From: Candidatus Woesearchaeota archaeon
GTDB taxonomy: Archaea; Nanobdellota; Nanobdellia; Woesearchaeales; 0-14-0-80-44-23
Direction: 5' to 3'
Length of the DNA stretch: 64,000 nt
Assembly (NCBI GenBank): GCA_038874135.1
Contig: JAVZCZ010000001.1
Coordinates: 96,001 to 160,000, forward strand
In this document: positions 8,865 through 18,104 of the stretch, piece by piece
Position numbering within the stretch: the stretch's first letter is position 1
Layout: every line of letters starts with the position of its first letter
Program-made: the position numbers and the translations under genes
Notes under the pieces: generated by a model
Told to the model about the DNA's origin: nothing
What the model saw: the letters and a program-made list of their open reading frames with translations, nothing else
Database searches by the model: none

Positions 8865-10796
8865 CTAATTTTCAGACGGCTTTTTTGTGAAGAAATCTTT
8901 AAGCACTTCCTCATAATATGATGTTGATACCAGCTTCCAATCGCGCGGCATGAGCTTCTTATAATTCTCATAGTTATACCGCTCATCAAGGAATACTAAT
9001 GCAGCGTAGTCTGTGCTGCTCCTTATGCACCTTCCTGCACTCTGTATAGCTTTGCTCATGGCAGGTATTGAGTAGCCGTATTCAAAGCCCCTTCCGAACC
9101 TCTCCTGATATAGCTGTATCAGGCTCATGACCTTTAAGTCTGGCGGCCTGAGCGGGAGCCCGATTAGCATTGCACACTTTAAAGTGTTGGGAAGGTCTAT
9201 CCCTTCGGAGAATGAGGCGCCAACCACTGCGCAGAGCACGCCGCTTCTGTCATTCACCAGCTTACTTATAAGCCCTGCCTTCTCCTCCTTAGACATCTTC
9301 TGACTCTCTACATATAGTTTTCTGTCCTGAATTTGCAGCTTTTCCAGCACTGAGCTCATAATTGAGTAGCTTGGAAAGAATAGAACTGCCCTTCCGGGAA
9401 TGAGGCTTAGCACTTGTTTTATGTGGAATGCTATCCTTCTAAACTCAACATCGCTTCTCATCTGAAACCTTGTTGTCGTTTCTGGTATTATCAGAGTGAG
9501 TCTGTTTTTCTGGGGAAAAGGATTACCGTACGCTTTCATGTTAGGATAGTCAAATCCTAGAATGTCTGAATACATCTCAATTGGCTCAAGTGTTGCGCTC
9601 ATTAGCACCATCGCCTGAGCCCCTTCTATTACTTCCTTGGTTAATATTGATGGGTCTGTGCAAAAATATTCCAGACTAAACGGATTCTCTTTGCTGCTCA
9701 GATGGCCTATCATTATGAATTCTTCCCGCTCTCTTGTGCTGTAGCACAGCTTCAGAAAGTCGGAAATTCTGCCCAGGAAGCTCCTCTTCTGTTCTCTTCT
9801 CACTATGTCGGCACTTTCTTCCAGCTCTTTCAGCATTTTTTTCCATTCAAACCTTTCTAAGAACTCAATCAGTTCAGAAGTATCAATTAGCTCTTCTCCA
9901 AACCTGCTAGCTCTTCCACCTTCTATTGCTTCGGACTCCTTACTTATCATGAATTCTATTAAGGCTTTGAGATAATCTGAGCACTTCAGTGAGAATCTCT
10001 TGTTTTCTCTAAGTGCTAGCTGAATAGTTTTTTCGTTTATCTGGCTGGAGAGCATCTCTCTTAGTCGTTCTGGAAGGTTGTGGGCTTCATCTACGATTAT
10101 TATTGAGTCTTTTAACGAAGCTCCAGTTTTTTTGAGGAATGCCTCTCTAATTTCAGGATTGAATATGTGGTTGTAGTCGCATATTATTACATCAGCTTCT
10201 TTGGCTATCCCGCAGGCAATCTCGTATGGGCATAGGATGGCATCTCTGCATATCCTGCACAGCTCCAGGGTAGGCAGGTTTTTCTCTTTCAGGAATTCCA
10301 GCATCTTTGAAGCGTCATTTGTGAAACGCTTTTCTGCTGAGTTTTCCACGGTTTTGGTATAGTAGTGGCACTTTTTGTCTGCTCTGAGGGCTCTGCAGTA
10401 TTCTGAGAAGTCGCTTGGAAGGAAATTTGTTACATCTTCAAACCCGCACAGGAACTTCTTTCCGAATATGTCTGCTAGTATTATTCTGTTTTCAGGATTT
10501 TTTTCGTTTATTTTTCTTATTGTTTCTATAACTATTGTGTGTTGAGTGTGTCTGGAAGTTAGGAAGAATATCTTCATTCGCCTGCCGGAGTTTTTCTGTT
10601 CTTCAACAAATTTTAGGGATGGTGCTAGAACCCCAACTGTTTTTCCTATTCCTGTAGGAGCATGTACGAGTATGTCTTGGCTTCGTTTTATTGATGTGTA
10701 AATGTCTAGGATTAGTTCTTCTTGGAATTCTCTTACTTTTTCATAAGGGAAGAATTTTAGGATTGAGTTTAGGACTTCTTCAGAATATTTTTCCAT
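8865..10796 (-). CDS. xpd: XPD/Rad3-family Fe-S DNA helicase
   Basis: APTGIGKT, four Fe-S Cys (LC, YC, KC, LCPY), DEAH, SATL, FPSY, SEGID, QSAGRCIRS. Confidence 0.92.
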   Translation of the reverse strand: MEKYSEEVLNSILKFFPYEKVREFQEELILDIYTSIKRSQDILVHAPTGIGKTVGVLAPSLKFVEEQKNSGRRMKIFFLTSRHTQHTIVIETIRKINEKNPENRIILADIFGKKFLCGFEDVTNFLPSDFSEYCRALRADKKCHYYTKTVENSAEKRFTNDASKMLEFLKEKNLPTLELCRICRDAILCPYEIACGIAKEADVIICDYNHIFNPEIREAFLKKTGASLKDSIIIVDEAHNLPERLREMLSSQINEKTIQLALRENKRFSLKCSDYLKALIEFMISKESEAIEGGRASRFGEELIDTSELIEFLERFEWKKMLKELEESADIVRREQKRSFLGRISDFLKLCYSTREREEFIMIGHLSSKENPFSLEYFCTDPSILTKEVIEGAQAMVLMSATLEPIEMYSDILGFDYPNMKAYGNPFPQKNRLTLIIPETTTRFQMRSDVEFRRIAFHIKQVLSLIPGRAVLFFPSYSIMSSVLEKLQIQDRKLYVESQKMSKEEKAGLISKLVNDRSGVLCAVVGASFSEGIDLPNTLKCAMLIGLPLRPPDLKVMSLIQLYQERFGRGFEYGYSIPAMSKAIQSAGRCIRSSTDYAALVFLDERYNYENYKKLMPRDWKLVSTSYYEEVLKDFFTKKPSEN

Positions 10797-10844
10797 GTGT
10801 GAGTGTAATCGTGCAATTTTTTAAAAGCTTATCCAAAAGAGGGA

Positions 10845-11243
10845 TTATTCGTGCACTTCCTTTTTCATCTCAGCTAGCCACTTGTCTGCAATTATTGACA
10901 GCTGTTTTGAAAAGTCGTCAGAAATTCTATAAATCTTCTTGTACAGGTCGTAGTAGATTATGCCCATGCTTTTCATCGGGGTGAGTATCCTGTCGTAAAA
11001 CTGCCTCTTGTTGTATGAGAGCCTTAATTTTTTTCCAATGTAGGGCACTCTGTCAATTTTTGTTTCTAACTTGCCCTCGTGAAGCCTTGTTGCGAAGTCT
11101 GACATCTGGGCTTTAGTCATCTGACCCCCTTTTAGCTTCATTTCTCTTATGAGTGCCTGAGCAACAATTATCTGCTGCTCGGTTGCAAATATTATCTCGT
11201 ATATGTCATCTGGAAGATTAAACTTGTCAAACAAGATTACCAT
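10845..11243 (-). CDS. conserved hypothetical protein, possible winged helix
   Basis: Likely start MVILFDKF after GGGGGTG; motif FYDRILTPMKSMGII. Confidence 0.7.
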   Translation of the reverse strand: MVILFDKFNLPDDIYEIIFATEQQIIVAQALIREMKLKGGQMTKAQMSDFATRLHEGKLETKIDRVPYIGKKLRLSYNKRQFYDRILTPMKSMGIIYYDLYKKIYRISDDFSKQLSIIADKWLAEMKKEVHE

Positions 11244-11368
11244 TCCACACCCCCAAAGACTGCTAAGAAACACTAATATATAAATTTTACTCAATATTAT
11301 ATTGATATACCTTTCATTGAACTTTAAGTCCTTTTTTTGATATTAAAACATTTAAATGTATACTAATT

Positions 11369-11503
11369 TTAGTTTTTTCTTCCTCTTAATTTTTTTTCAA
11401 TATTCTCAAAAGATATTCTTATCCTATACATCTCGTAAGCCATCCATAGACAACCCATTGCTATGGGTATCTGCGTAATTAAAATTGAAGTGTAGGTTTC
11501 CAT
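11369..11503 (-). CDS. small membrane protein (44 aa), absent from ORF track
   Basis: METYTSILITQIPIAMGCLWMAYEMYRIRISFENIEKKLRGRKN*; GGGGGT SD; TM plus basic tail. Confidence 0.6.
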   Translation of the reverse strand: METYTSILITQIPIAMGCLWMAYEMYRIRISFENIEKKLRGRKN

Positions 11504-11519
11504 TCTTATTCTACCCCCA

Positions 11520-11689
11520 TTATTTTTTATTCTTTGATTTTTTGGTTAATCTCCTTTCAATCTTATTGACTGCAAATTTGAGCTTATGCAATGATAACAG
11601 CATAAATGCTGCTATTATGATGTATGGAATATGAGTTATATTATTAGGACTAATGAAGTTCGCATAAGCTCTAGTTTAACCCTACCCAT
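11520..11689 (-). pseudogene. frameshifted paralog of the 44-aa small membrane protein
   Basis: MGRVKLELMRTSLVLII* continues in another frame as THIPYIIIAAFMLLSLHKLKFAVNKIERRLTKKSKNKK*; removing 2 nt from the ATATA near 11637-11641 restores one ORF. Confidence 0.45.
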
Positions 11690-11779
11690 TTAAAATTTTT
11701 TTGTTGTTGCCCCCAATTTTTTAAAGTATGCTCTTTCCTAATTGAAACATTTTTATAACACTTAAAAATCCACTCTCTT

Positions 11780-12796
11780 ATGGATTCGGACAGAAAGTTC
11801 AGTATTGAAGATTTTGATTATTATGTGCCGAAGGATCTTATCGCCCAGGAGCCAATCCAGCCTAGAGACAAGGCACGCCTCATGATTCTGCAGGGATTCT
11901 CTATTCAGCACAAGATATTTTCAGACATTCCAAACTATGTAGGTGAGGGCGATGTTTTAGTAATAAATAACACGCGGGTAATACCAGCAAGGTTCTTTGG
12001 CAGAAAGGAAAGCGGTGGAAGGGTTGAGGCACTGCTGGTTAGGAAGCGCTCTGACGGTTCCTGGGAAGCACTAGTCTCAGGTAAGAATATAAAGCCAGGT
12101 TCCAAGCTGCTCTTTGACGACTTTTCAGCTGAGATACTCTCAAAAGAGGGGAACAAGTTTATTCTCAGCTTCAGCTCTGATGCTGAAGATATTCTCCCAA
12201 AGGGTGAGGTTCCACTGCCTCACTACATTAAGAAGCGGATTGAGAATCCTGAAGATTACCAGACGGTTTATTCCAAAAGAGCTGGAGCTATTGCTTCTCC
12301 CACTGCAGGGCTGCACTTCACTCCTCAGCTGATGAAAAACATTGAGGATAAGGGCGCTCGTTTTGTTGAGATAACACTTCATGTTAGCTTAGGCACCTTT
12401 CAGCCAGTTCACGATATTTCTTCTCACAAGATGGACCCTGAATATTATGAAGTTTCTCACGAAGCTGCTGAAATTATAAACTCTGCTTTTCGTAGTGGTA
12501 GAAGAATCTTTGCTGTTGGCACAACAGTGCTTAAAACCTTAGAAACCGTTTCAAGATTAGGAGTTGTATACCCGGGAAGTGGAGAGTCTTCACTATTCAT
12601 TAAGCCAGGGTACAGATTTGAGTCGCCTGTTTCTGCACTTATAACTAATTTTCACACTCCCAGGTCAACATTGATAATGCTGCTGGCAGCGTTTTCTGGT
12701 TATGATGAAGTTATGAATGCTTACAGGGTTGCTGTTTCTGAGCGTTATCGTTTTTTCAGCTTTGGAGACGCAATGCTAGCTTATAAGAAGGGCTAG
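11780..12796 (+). CDS. queA: S-adenosylmethionine:tRNA ribosyltransferase-isomerase
   Basis: FDYYVPKDLIAQEP, NNTRVIPAR, YQTVYS, ASPTAGLHFT, TLHVSLGTF, AVGTT, TNFHTPRST, YRFFSFGDAM. Confidence 0.96.
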   Translation: MDSDRKFSIEDFDYYVPKDLIAQEPIQPRDKARLMILQGFSIQHKIFSDIPNYVGEGDVLVINNTRVIPARFFGRKESGGRVEALLVRKRSDGSWEALVSGKNIKPGSKLLFDDFSAEILSKEGNKFILSFSSDAEDILPKGEVPLPHYIKKRIENPEDYQTVYSKRAGAIASPTAGLHFTPQLMKNIEDKGARFVEITLHVSLGTFQPVHDISSHKMDPEYYEVSHEAAEIINSAFRSGRRIFAVGTTVLKTLETVSRLGVVYPGSGESSLFIKPGYRFESPVSALITNFHTPRSTLIMLLAAFSGYDEVMNAYRVAVSERYRFFSFGDAMLAYKKG

Positions 12797-13341
12797 CATT
12801 TTCTTATTGAGAACTCGCATCCGCAGTAGTTCTGTCTGTAAATTCCTGAACTCTTGCATTCTCTTACTGAGTATTCAAACCCGCCTCCCTTCTTGAAATC
12901 GCCTGATACGAAGGTGAGTCCAAACTGGGAAGCCACTTCTTCTCCGATCCTGTTTATTATTTCTGCTTTCTTGTTTGAGCCCGATGTTAAGGTTGTTGAT
13001 ATTGCTTTAAATCCATGATTTTTAGCATACTCTGCAGTTCTTCTTAGTCTTTCTTCAAAGCAGAGTAGGCACCTTGCCCCGCCTTCCGGCTGGCTTTGAA
13101 ATTTTGGCGCTTTTGATACGAAAGAGAGCCACTCTTGGTGAGTATATTCCCCCTCTACTAAATTTATTCTTTCTTTTTCGCACGCTAGTTTTGCATTTTC
13201 CTTCCTCTTATCATACTCTTCTTTAGGGTATATGTTTGGGTTGAAGTAGAATGCTGTTATCTCGTAGTTATTTTTGAGATGGTGAAATGCTGCTAACAGG
13301 CATGGAGCGCAGCAGGTATGCAGGAGAAGTTTTTCTCTCAT
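12793..13341 (-). CDS. queH: epoxyqueuosine reductase QueH
   Basis: LLLHTCCAPC, FNPNIYP.EEY..R, EGGARC..CFEERL, YRQNYCGCEFS; start placed downstream of the tRNA. Confidence 0.93.
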   Translation of the reverse strand: MREKLLLHTCCAPCLLAAFHHLKNNYEITAFYFNPNIYPKEEYDKRKENAKLACEKERINLVEGEYTHQEWLSFVSKAPKFQSQPEGGARCLLCFEERLRRTAEYAKNHGFKAISTTLTSGSNKKAEIINRIGEEVASQFGLTFVSGDFKKGGGFEYSVRECKSSGIYRQNYCGCEFSIRKC

Positions 13342-13365
13342 TTTGTTTCTTTTAAAAATTGGACG

Positions 13366-13439
13366 GGCGGTAGCCGGAATTTGAATCCGGTCTAGAGGAT
13401 CCACAGTCCTCTGTGCTGCCAGGTTACACCACTACCGCC
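13366..13439 (-). tRNA. tRNA-His (GUG) with genomically encoded G-1
   Basis: GCGGTAG/CTACCGC acceptor stem, GAGGA-CTGTGGA-TCCTC anticodon arm, TTCAAAT T-loop, G-1 and C73. Confidence 0.95.
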
Positions 13440-13624
13440 ATATTTTTAGCTAAGATTTTGAGGTTTGTTATTTAAACATTTCGGGGAATCTTATCAAAGT
13501 GCGTTATTAAAATGGGCTGAGCAATTCATTTTTGTGATTTTTTTGTTATTGTGCAATGGTAAAAAATAGAAAGTTTTAAATATTATCTCTCTTTCTGATT
13601 TCTTCAAGTGGGGTGTTACTCAAT

Positions 13625-16363
13625 ATGAATGATTCGCTTGATAATAAGGAGCTGGCTGAACATCTCAACACAAGGTTTTCAGCTCTGGATGCAAATCTCC
13701 GAGAATCCTTTTCTTCAGTAAAGCGCGACATAATCTCTCTCAGGCAGGAATACTCGCAGAATCTTAAACAGGTTATTTCTCAGTTGAATGCAGTTCAAAA
13801 TTCTTATTCAAAAAACGATGAAGAAAGAAAGAATGAGATACTGAAAATCCAGAAACAGATTGATGCACTCTCAGCAAATGAAAGGGCAATATCTGCACTT
13901 GAAAAGAGGCTCTCAGAGCTGGAATCCAAGTTCAGACAGGCTCCGTCCTCTTCTGAAATTTCAAGTATAAAAGAACAACTCAGCGCAGTTGCTAGCAGGA
14001 GTGCTTCTAAGGAGCAGCTGAAAAATGAAATTAACAAACTTTCCGAATTATTAAAACGCGCTACCAGCGTAGAACAGGTTAACCAGCTCAAGCAGCGTAT
14101 TGAAGACTTGGGAAGTCAGCTTGAGAGAATTGAGGCTCAGGAAGCGGCCAAGGCTGCAGAGCTTTCACGCATAAGTAAAAAGATTGCTATTTCTGAGAAG
14201 GAACTTTCGGAGCACAAAAAATTCTTCCTTCCCAAATCCTCTTTTTATGAGGAAGTTGAATACATAGATAAAGAGCTGGATTCAATCTCTTCAAGAGTAG
14301 ACCAGCTGGAGCAGCTTAAAAAGGAATTTTCTTCTTTAGGAGCAGTTCAACGTGCGCTTTCAGCAAGGGTTGCTAGACTTTCCGAAGAGAAGGTTTCAAT
14401 TTCTCAGTTTGAAAAGAGCTCTGCAGGACTTGCATCTCAGATCAGAGCAGTTCAGGAAAGCCAGAAGGAATATTTTAAACAGATTGATTCTAATCTTAAA
14501 GAATCGGAAAAGCGCCTAAATAATAGGATTATGCAAAATGAAGAGGAGTTCTCAGCTGTTGAGGATTCAATAAAGAGAAAAGTTGATTCAATACGAAACT
14601 ATTCTGTAACCAAGAGGGATTTTGAAAGAAAGATTGAGTCAATCTCAAAAACATTTTCAGGAAGGCTTACTGAGCTAAGTAGAAAAGCATCCTCAATTGA
14701 CAGAAGAGTTGCCTCGTTTGAAGAGAAAGTGTATGAACACGAAGAGTTTGCAAATAGGATTTCTCAGTTGGCTTCCCGCTTGGAAGAGATTGAGAAGGCA
14801 CACATTGCTGATACTCAGAGCATCAGCAAGAAGCTGGAGAGCATACAGAACTCAGCAGCTTCAAGGAATGAGCTCTCTTCAAAGCTGGCTGCAATTAACA
14901 ATCGGCTTAGTGAGATTTCCCACTCAGCTGAAGAAGGAGATGAAGCTGTACTTCTGCAATTGAGAAGCTTAAAGGATTCTGCTGTTACTAAGAATATGCT
15001 CTCAGCCAGAACTGCTGAACTGAGGAGTGAGCTTATTAACATAAAAAATAAGCTTGCTGGAATATCCAAAGATGTTGAGAGGTTAGAAGCTATAAAAACA
15101 GACGAGGCAATATTCCGCGATGAATATGCTTACATAGAGAAGAAGATTCTTAACATTGAGAAGCAGCTTTCAGATTTAGATGCTCTTAAGAAGAGTGGGG
15201 CAACTCTCAACAAGGCGCAGGAAGAACTTAAACAAAAGTTAGCATATGCTCAGAGACAATTTGCTACCAAGAAGGACTTTAATGAAGTGTCTTCCTCAGT
15301 AAGGAAGGATCAGCAGATCATTCACAAGGAGCTGGATGAAGTACTCTCTTCACTCAGCAGCACTCACGACGCTTTAGAATCTTTAAGGTCTGAAACAGTG
15401 AACAAGCGCACCTTTGAGATGGAATTAGCTAAGCTTGAACAGCGCCTGAGAAGGAGCTCATCAAACATTAGACAAGTTATGAACGACCTTGCAGAGTTTA
15501 AGATTGCAATTCAGGATGAATATCCAAACAAGGAAATTCTCTCTAAAGAAGTTGCTGCTCTAAAGAGGGCAATCTCTAATGTGGACAGGAAGGCTTCTCA
15601 GACATCCTTGATACCTGAAATACTGGAGAGGATAGAACATCTAGAAAGAATGCTGGAAGAAGAGAAGCGCCGCTCTTCAGAAAAGGTCGGAAGACAGGAG
15701 TTTAATTCCACATTTAACTCTCTAAGAGCCAAATACTACAGCTTGAAAAGGGAGCTAGAGTCTGCTATTTATGAGGCTTCCAAAAAGGAAACCCGCAGCG
15801 AGGTTATTGAAGCTACTGAAAAGCACGCTCCTTCCATGCAGGTGCCTTTCGCTTCAAAAGAAGAGAAACCTAAGAGTGAGGATAAAAAACATCGGAAGAA
15901 TATCTTCACAATAATTGGTAGGATAATTACTGACTTTTTTACCGTTGAGGAGACTGTTCAGGAGAAGCGTCCAGAAAGTGAAGGGCACGGTGTGGCTAAT
16001 AAACTCCTATCGCGGAAGCATAACCCTTCAAAGATTATATACATCCTGATTGCACTTTTAATATTCTTCGCACTGGCAGTTATTCTAATATTTAACTTTG
16101 AGGCAGTTGAGAGGTTTTTCTCTTCCCTGGGAAGTTCAGCTTTTCTGCAAAATGCTTGGAATGCTATTTCAGAAGCGGCTTCTTCCGCGTGGGATTTCAT
16201 TTCGGCATATCTAACCTACATAGTAATCGGGCTTCTGATTGTGCTTGCAGCATTAGCTTTCTCTTCAGAAAAGGTGATATCCTTGCTAAAGAGGTTTTGG
16301 AGTTGGCTTAAGGGACTGTTCAGTAGAAAGAAGAAGGGATCCAACAGGAGAGCTAAGAAGTAG
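13625..16363 (+). CDS. very long coiled-coil protein with C-terminal membrane anchor (2 TMs)
   Basis: About 720 aa of heptad-rich sequence, no Walker A, two hydrophobic helices and a basic tail. Confidence 0.85.
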   Translation: MNDSLDNKELAEHLNTRFSALDANLRESFSSVKRDIISLRQEYSQNLKQVISQLNAVQNSYSKNDEERKNEILKIQKQIDALSANERAISALEKRLSELESKFRQAPSSSEISSIKEQLSAVASRSASKEQLKNEINKLSELLKRATSVEQVNQLKQRIEDLGSQLERIEAQEAAKAAELSRISKKIAISEKELSEHKKFFLPKSSFYEEVEYIDKELDSISSRVDQLEQLKKEFSSLGAVQRALSARVARLSEEKVSISQFEKSSAGLASQIRAVQESQKEYFKQIDSNLKESEKRLNNRIMQNEEEFSAVEDSIKRKVDSIRNYSVTKRDFERKIESISKTFSGRLTELSRKASSIDRRVASFEEKVYEHEEFANRISQLASRLEEIEKAHIADTQSISKKLESIQNSAASRNELSSKLAAINNRLSEISHSAEEGDEAVLLQLRSLKDSAVTKNMLSARTAELRSELINIKNKLAGISKDVERLEAIKTDEAIFRDEYAYIEKKILNIEKQLSDLDALKKSGATLNKAQEELKQKLAYAQRQFATKKDFNEVSSSVRKDQQIIHKELDEVLSSLSSTHDALESLRSETVNKRTFEMELAKLEQRLRRSSSNIRQVMNDLAEFKIAIQDEYPNKEILSKEVAALKRAISNVDRKASQTSLIPEILERIEHLERMLEEEKRRSSEKVGRQEFNSTFNSLRAKYYSLKRELESAIYEASKKETRSEVIEATEKHAPSMQVPFASKEEKPKSEDKKHRKNIFTIIGRIITDFFTVEETVQEKRPESEGHGVANKLLSRKHNPSKIIYILIALLIFFALAVILIFNFEAVERFFSSLGSSAFLQNAWNAISEAASSAWDFISAYLTYIVIGLLIVLAALAFSSEKVISLLKRFWSWLKGLFSRKKKGSNRRAKK

Positions 16364-16365
16364 AT

Positions 16366-16632
16366 TTATTTTTTCTGTACTATTTTTTTCCTTGAGGAAG
16401 TTCCTGTTTTTATCTCAAAATTTTGTCCACTTATCCTTTTAAGCATTTTCAGCAGACTCTCATTTGCCCTATTGTTTTCAGCAGGCTCTCTTAGCCAGAC
16501 AACCAGCAAACTTTTTTCTTTATCCCACTCTATCATTTCTGTTTTGGCGCTTGGTTTTACCAGAATCTCAAATGTTTTTTCATTCTGTAATTTTTTAAGA
16601 GCCTCTTCTGAGATGCTAATTCTTTTACTCAT
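16366..16632 (-). CDS. DUF167/YggU-family protein
   Basis: ILVKPSAK, EPAENNRANESL, GTSSRKK. Confidence 0.85.
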   Translation of the reverse strand: MSKRISISEEALKKLQNEKTFEILVKPSAKTEMIEWDKEKSLLVVWLREPAENNRANESLLKMLKRISGQNFEIKTGTSSRKKIVQKK

Positions 16633-16912
16633 TTTTTGCTTTCTTCGCTTTCTTTGCATCTCTGACTATGGGGTAAGGATCATATGTTCCCCACCAGAAT
16701 TCGCAATCATCGCACCAGTACCCCCAAACTCCCAATTCCCTTACAGACATCAGTGCGCCGCACTTTGGGCACTTCTTCGGTATGAATATTATCTCCTTGC
16801 CCTCGTACTTTTTGTAGTCCTCTTCTAGCATCTGCTTGTATTCTTCCTCTATTTTCTTGTTTATTTTGGCTTTTTCTTTATCTTCTTTCTTTTTGAATAG
16901 ATTGAACACCAT
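16625..16912 (-). CDS. small zinc-ribbon protein
   Basis: CPKCG..WCDDC; GAGGTG SD before MVFNLF; coupled to tfs. Confidence 0.7.
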   Translation of the reverse strand: MVFNLFKKKEDKEKAKINKKIEEEYKQMLEEDYKKYEGKEIIFIPKKCPKCGALMSVRELGVWGYWCDDCEFWWGTYDPYPIVRDAKKAKKAKNE

Positions 16913-16922
16913 GCTATTCACC

Positions 16923-17240
16923 TCATTCATAGTCGCGCCAAGTGTGCTTGCACTTTGTACACCTGTAAAACTTTGTTTCAGGCTCGTCACTCGCCCTTGT
17001 TTGCACCGTCCAGAAGTATGCTTCGTTATTTCCGCACTTTGGGCATTTTATGTTAACTTTTGGAAGAGTGTTCTCCTCTGCTGAGGCGTCCACAACTTCA
17101 ATCTTAGAAATCTCGCTCTTCTCCTTTATTTTCATGCTTTCCTGCGACTTTTCAACATATCCGCAGCTCCTGCATTCTAAGACCTTCCTATCACGCTGCT
17201 TCTTTATTACTAACATTGTTCCACATTTTGGACAAAACAT
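16923..17240 (-). CDS. tfs: transcription factor S (TFS)
   Basis: MFCPKCG N-terminal ribbon; C-terminal ribbon QTRASDEP..FYRCTKC..WR with acidic DE. Confidence 0.93.
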   Translation of the reverse strand: MFCPKCGTMLVIKKQRDRKVLECRSCGYVEKSQESMKIKEKSEISKIEVVDASAEENTLPKVNIKCPKCGNNEAYFWTVQTRASDEPETKFYRCTKCKHTWRDYE

Positions 17241-17260
17241 TTTTCTTTCACCTTTCCTTA

Positions 17261-17974
17261 TTATCTTCTTATTAAGTTTAGGAGTGGATTTGCAACATAG
17301 TTAAAAAACCATATCTTAACATACCCCAGTAGAGGTATTCTTAGGATTCCAACTCCCAGTATTTTCTCTTGAGGAATATTTAAATCGTGAATTATTGAAT
17401 CGGGATTGTGGTCTCCCTTTGTTGTGAAGTAGTACTCAGTGCTGTTGGCTTGCTCAGAGATGTTTATACTAACTACCCTGTGTATTATCGGCTCAAAGTT
17501 TCCAGCACTGTACACAACTACATCTCCAACTTTTATCTCAGACGGCTTTTTTCCAAAAAGAATTATAAGATCTCCCTTGTTAAGCCCATTTGCAAATGGA
17601 AAATTGAAGAATTGCTCCTCAGAAATTCCTCTGGCTTCATAAAAGCTCCCGCAGCTTCTCCAAAACAGCTGCCTATCCACCTTATACTGCTGTGTAAAAG
17701 TGGTGTTGCACAGCACATATAATCCGGAGTAATACCTTATGCAGTTGTGGGCAGAATCCACTTCCATGCAGGCTGGGTTTATCTTGTGCTCCATGCTTTC
17801 AGAGATTACTGCAACTATAGGATAATTAGTCCTGAGTAGGAAACCTATGCCCGGATAAAATACAAACTTTATTATGAGAAATGCCAGAACTATGTTTACG
17901 AGCCAGCTCCAGAAGCTGTCCTCCTCCCAGATGAAGTGCCAAACCTTCTTTAAGGTTTTTTTTAACCCTTTCAC
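17261..17974 (-). CDS. signal peptidase I (archaeal Sec11-like) with Cys-rich insert
   Basis: VISESMEH, KGD, VGDVVVY, IIHRV, TKGDHN, IPLLGYVK. Confidence 0.88.
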   Translation of the reverse strand: MKGLKKTLKKVWHFIWEEDSFWSWLVNIVLAFLIIKFVFYPGIGFLLRTNYPIVAVISESMEHKINPACMEVDSAHNCIRYYSGLYVLCNTTFTQQYKVDRQLFWRSCGSFYEARGISEEQFFNFPFANGLNKGDLIILFGKKPSEIKVGDVVVYSAGNFEPIIHRVVSINISEQANSTEYYFTTKGDHNPDSIIHDLNIPQEKILGVGILRIPLLGYVKIWFFNYVANPLLNLIRR

Positions 17975-18104
17975 GCGCCTTAGGATTTAGCATTTAAATA
18001 AAAAGTTATCGCTTTTCACCAGTTTCACAAGTGTTTACAGCGCAAAGATTTAAATAAGATTATTAAAACCATCACTTTTCAATCAGGTAAACGGAGGGTT
18101 GGGA

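Noticed and set aside
13342-13404. N-terminal extension of QueH in the ORF track
   Set aside because: Overlaps tRNA-His; the plausible start is ATG 13341, just before LLLHTCC
13625-16363. SMC/Rad50 annotation for the long coiled coil
   Set aside because: No Walker A/B, signature, hinge or Zn-hook; it has C-terminal TMs
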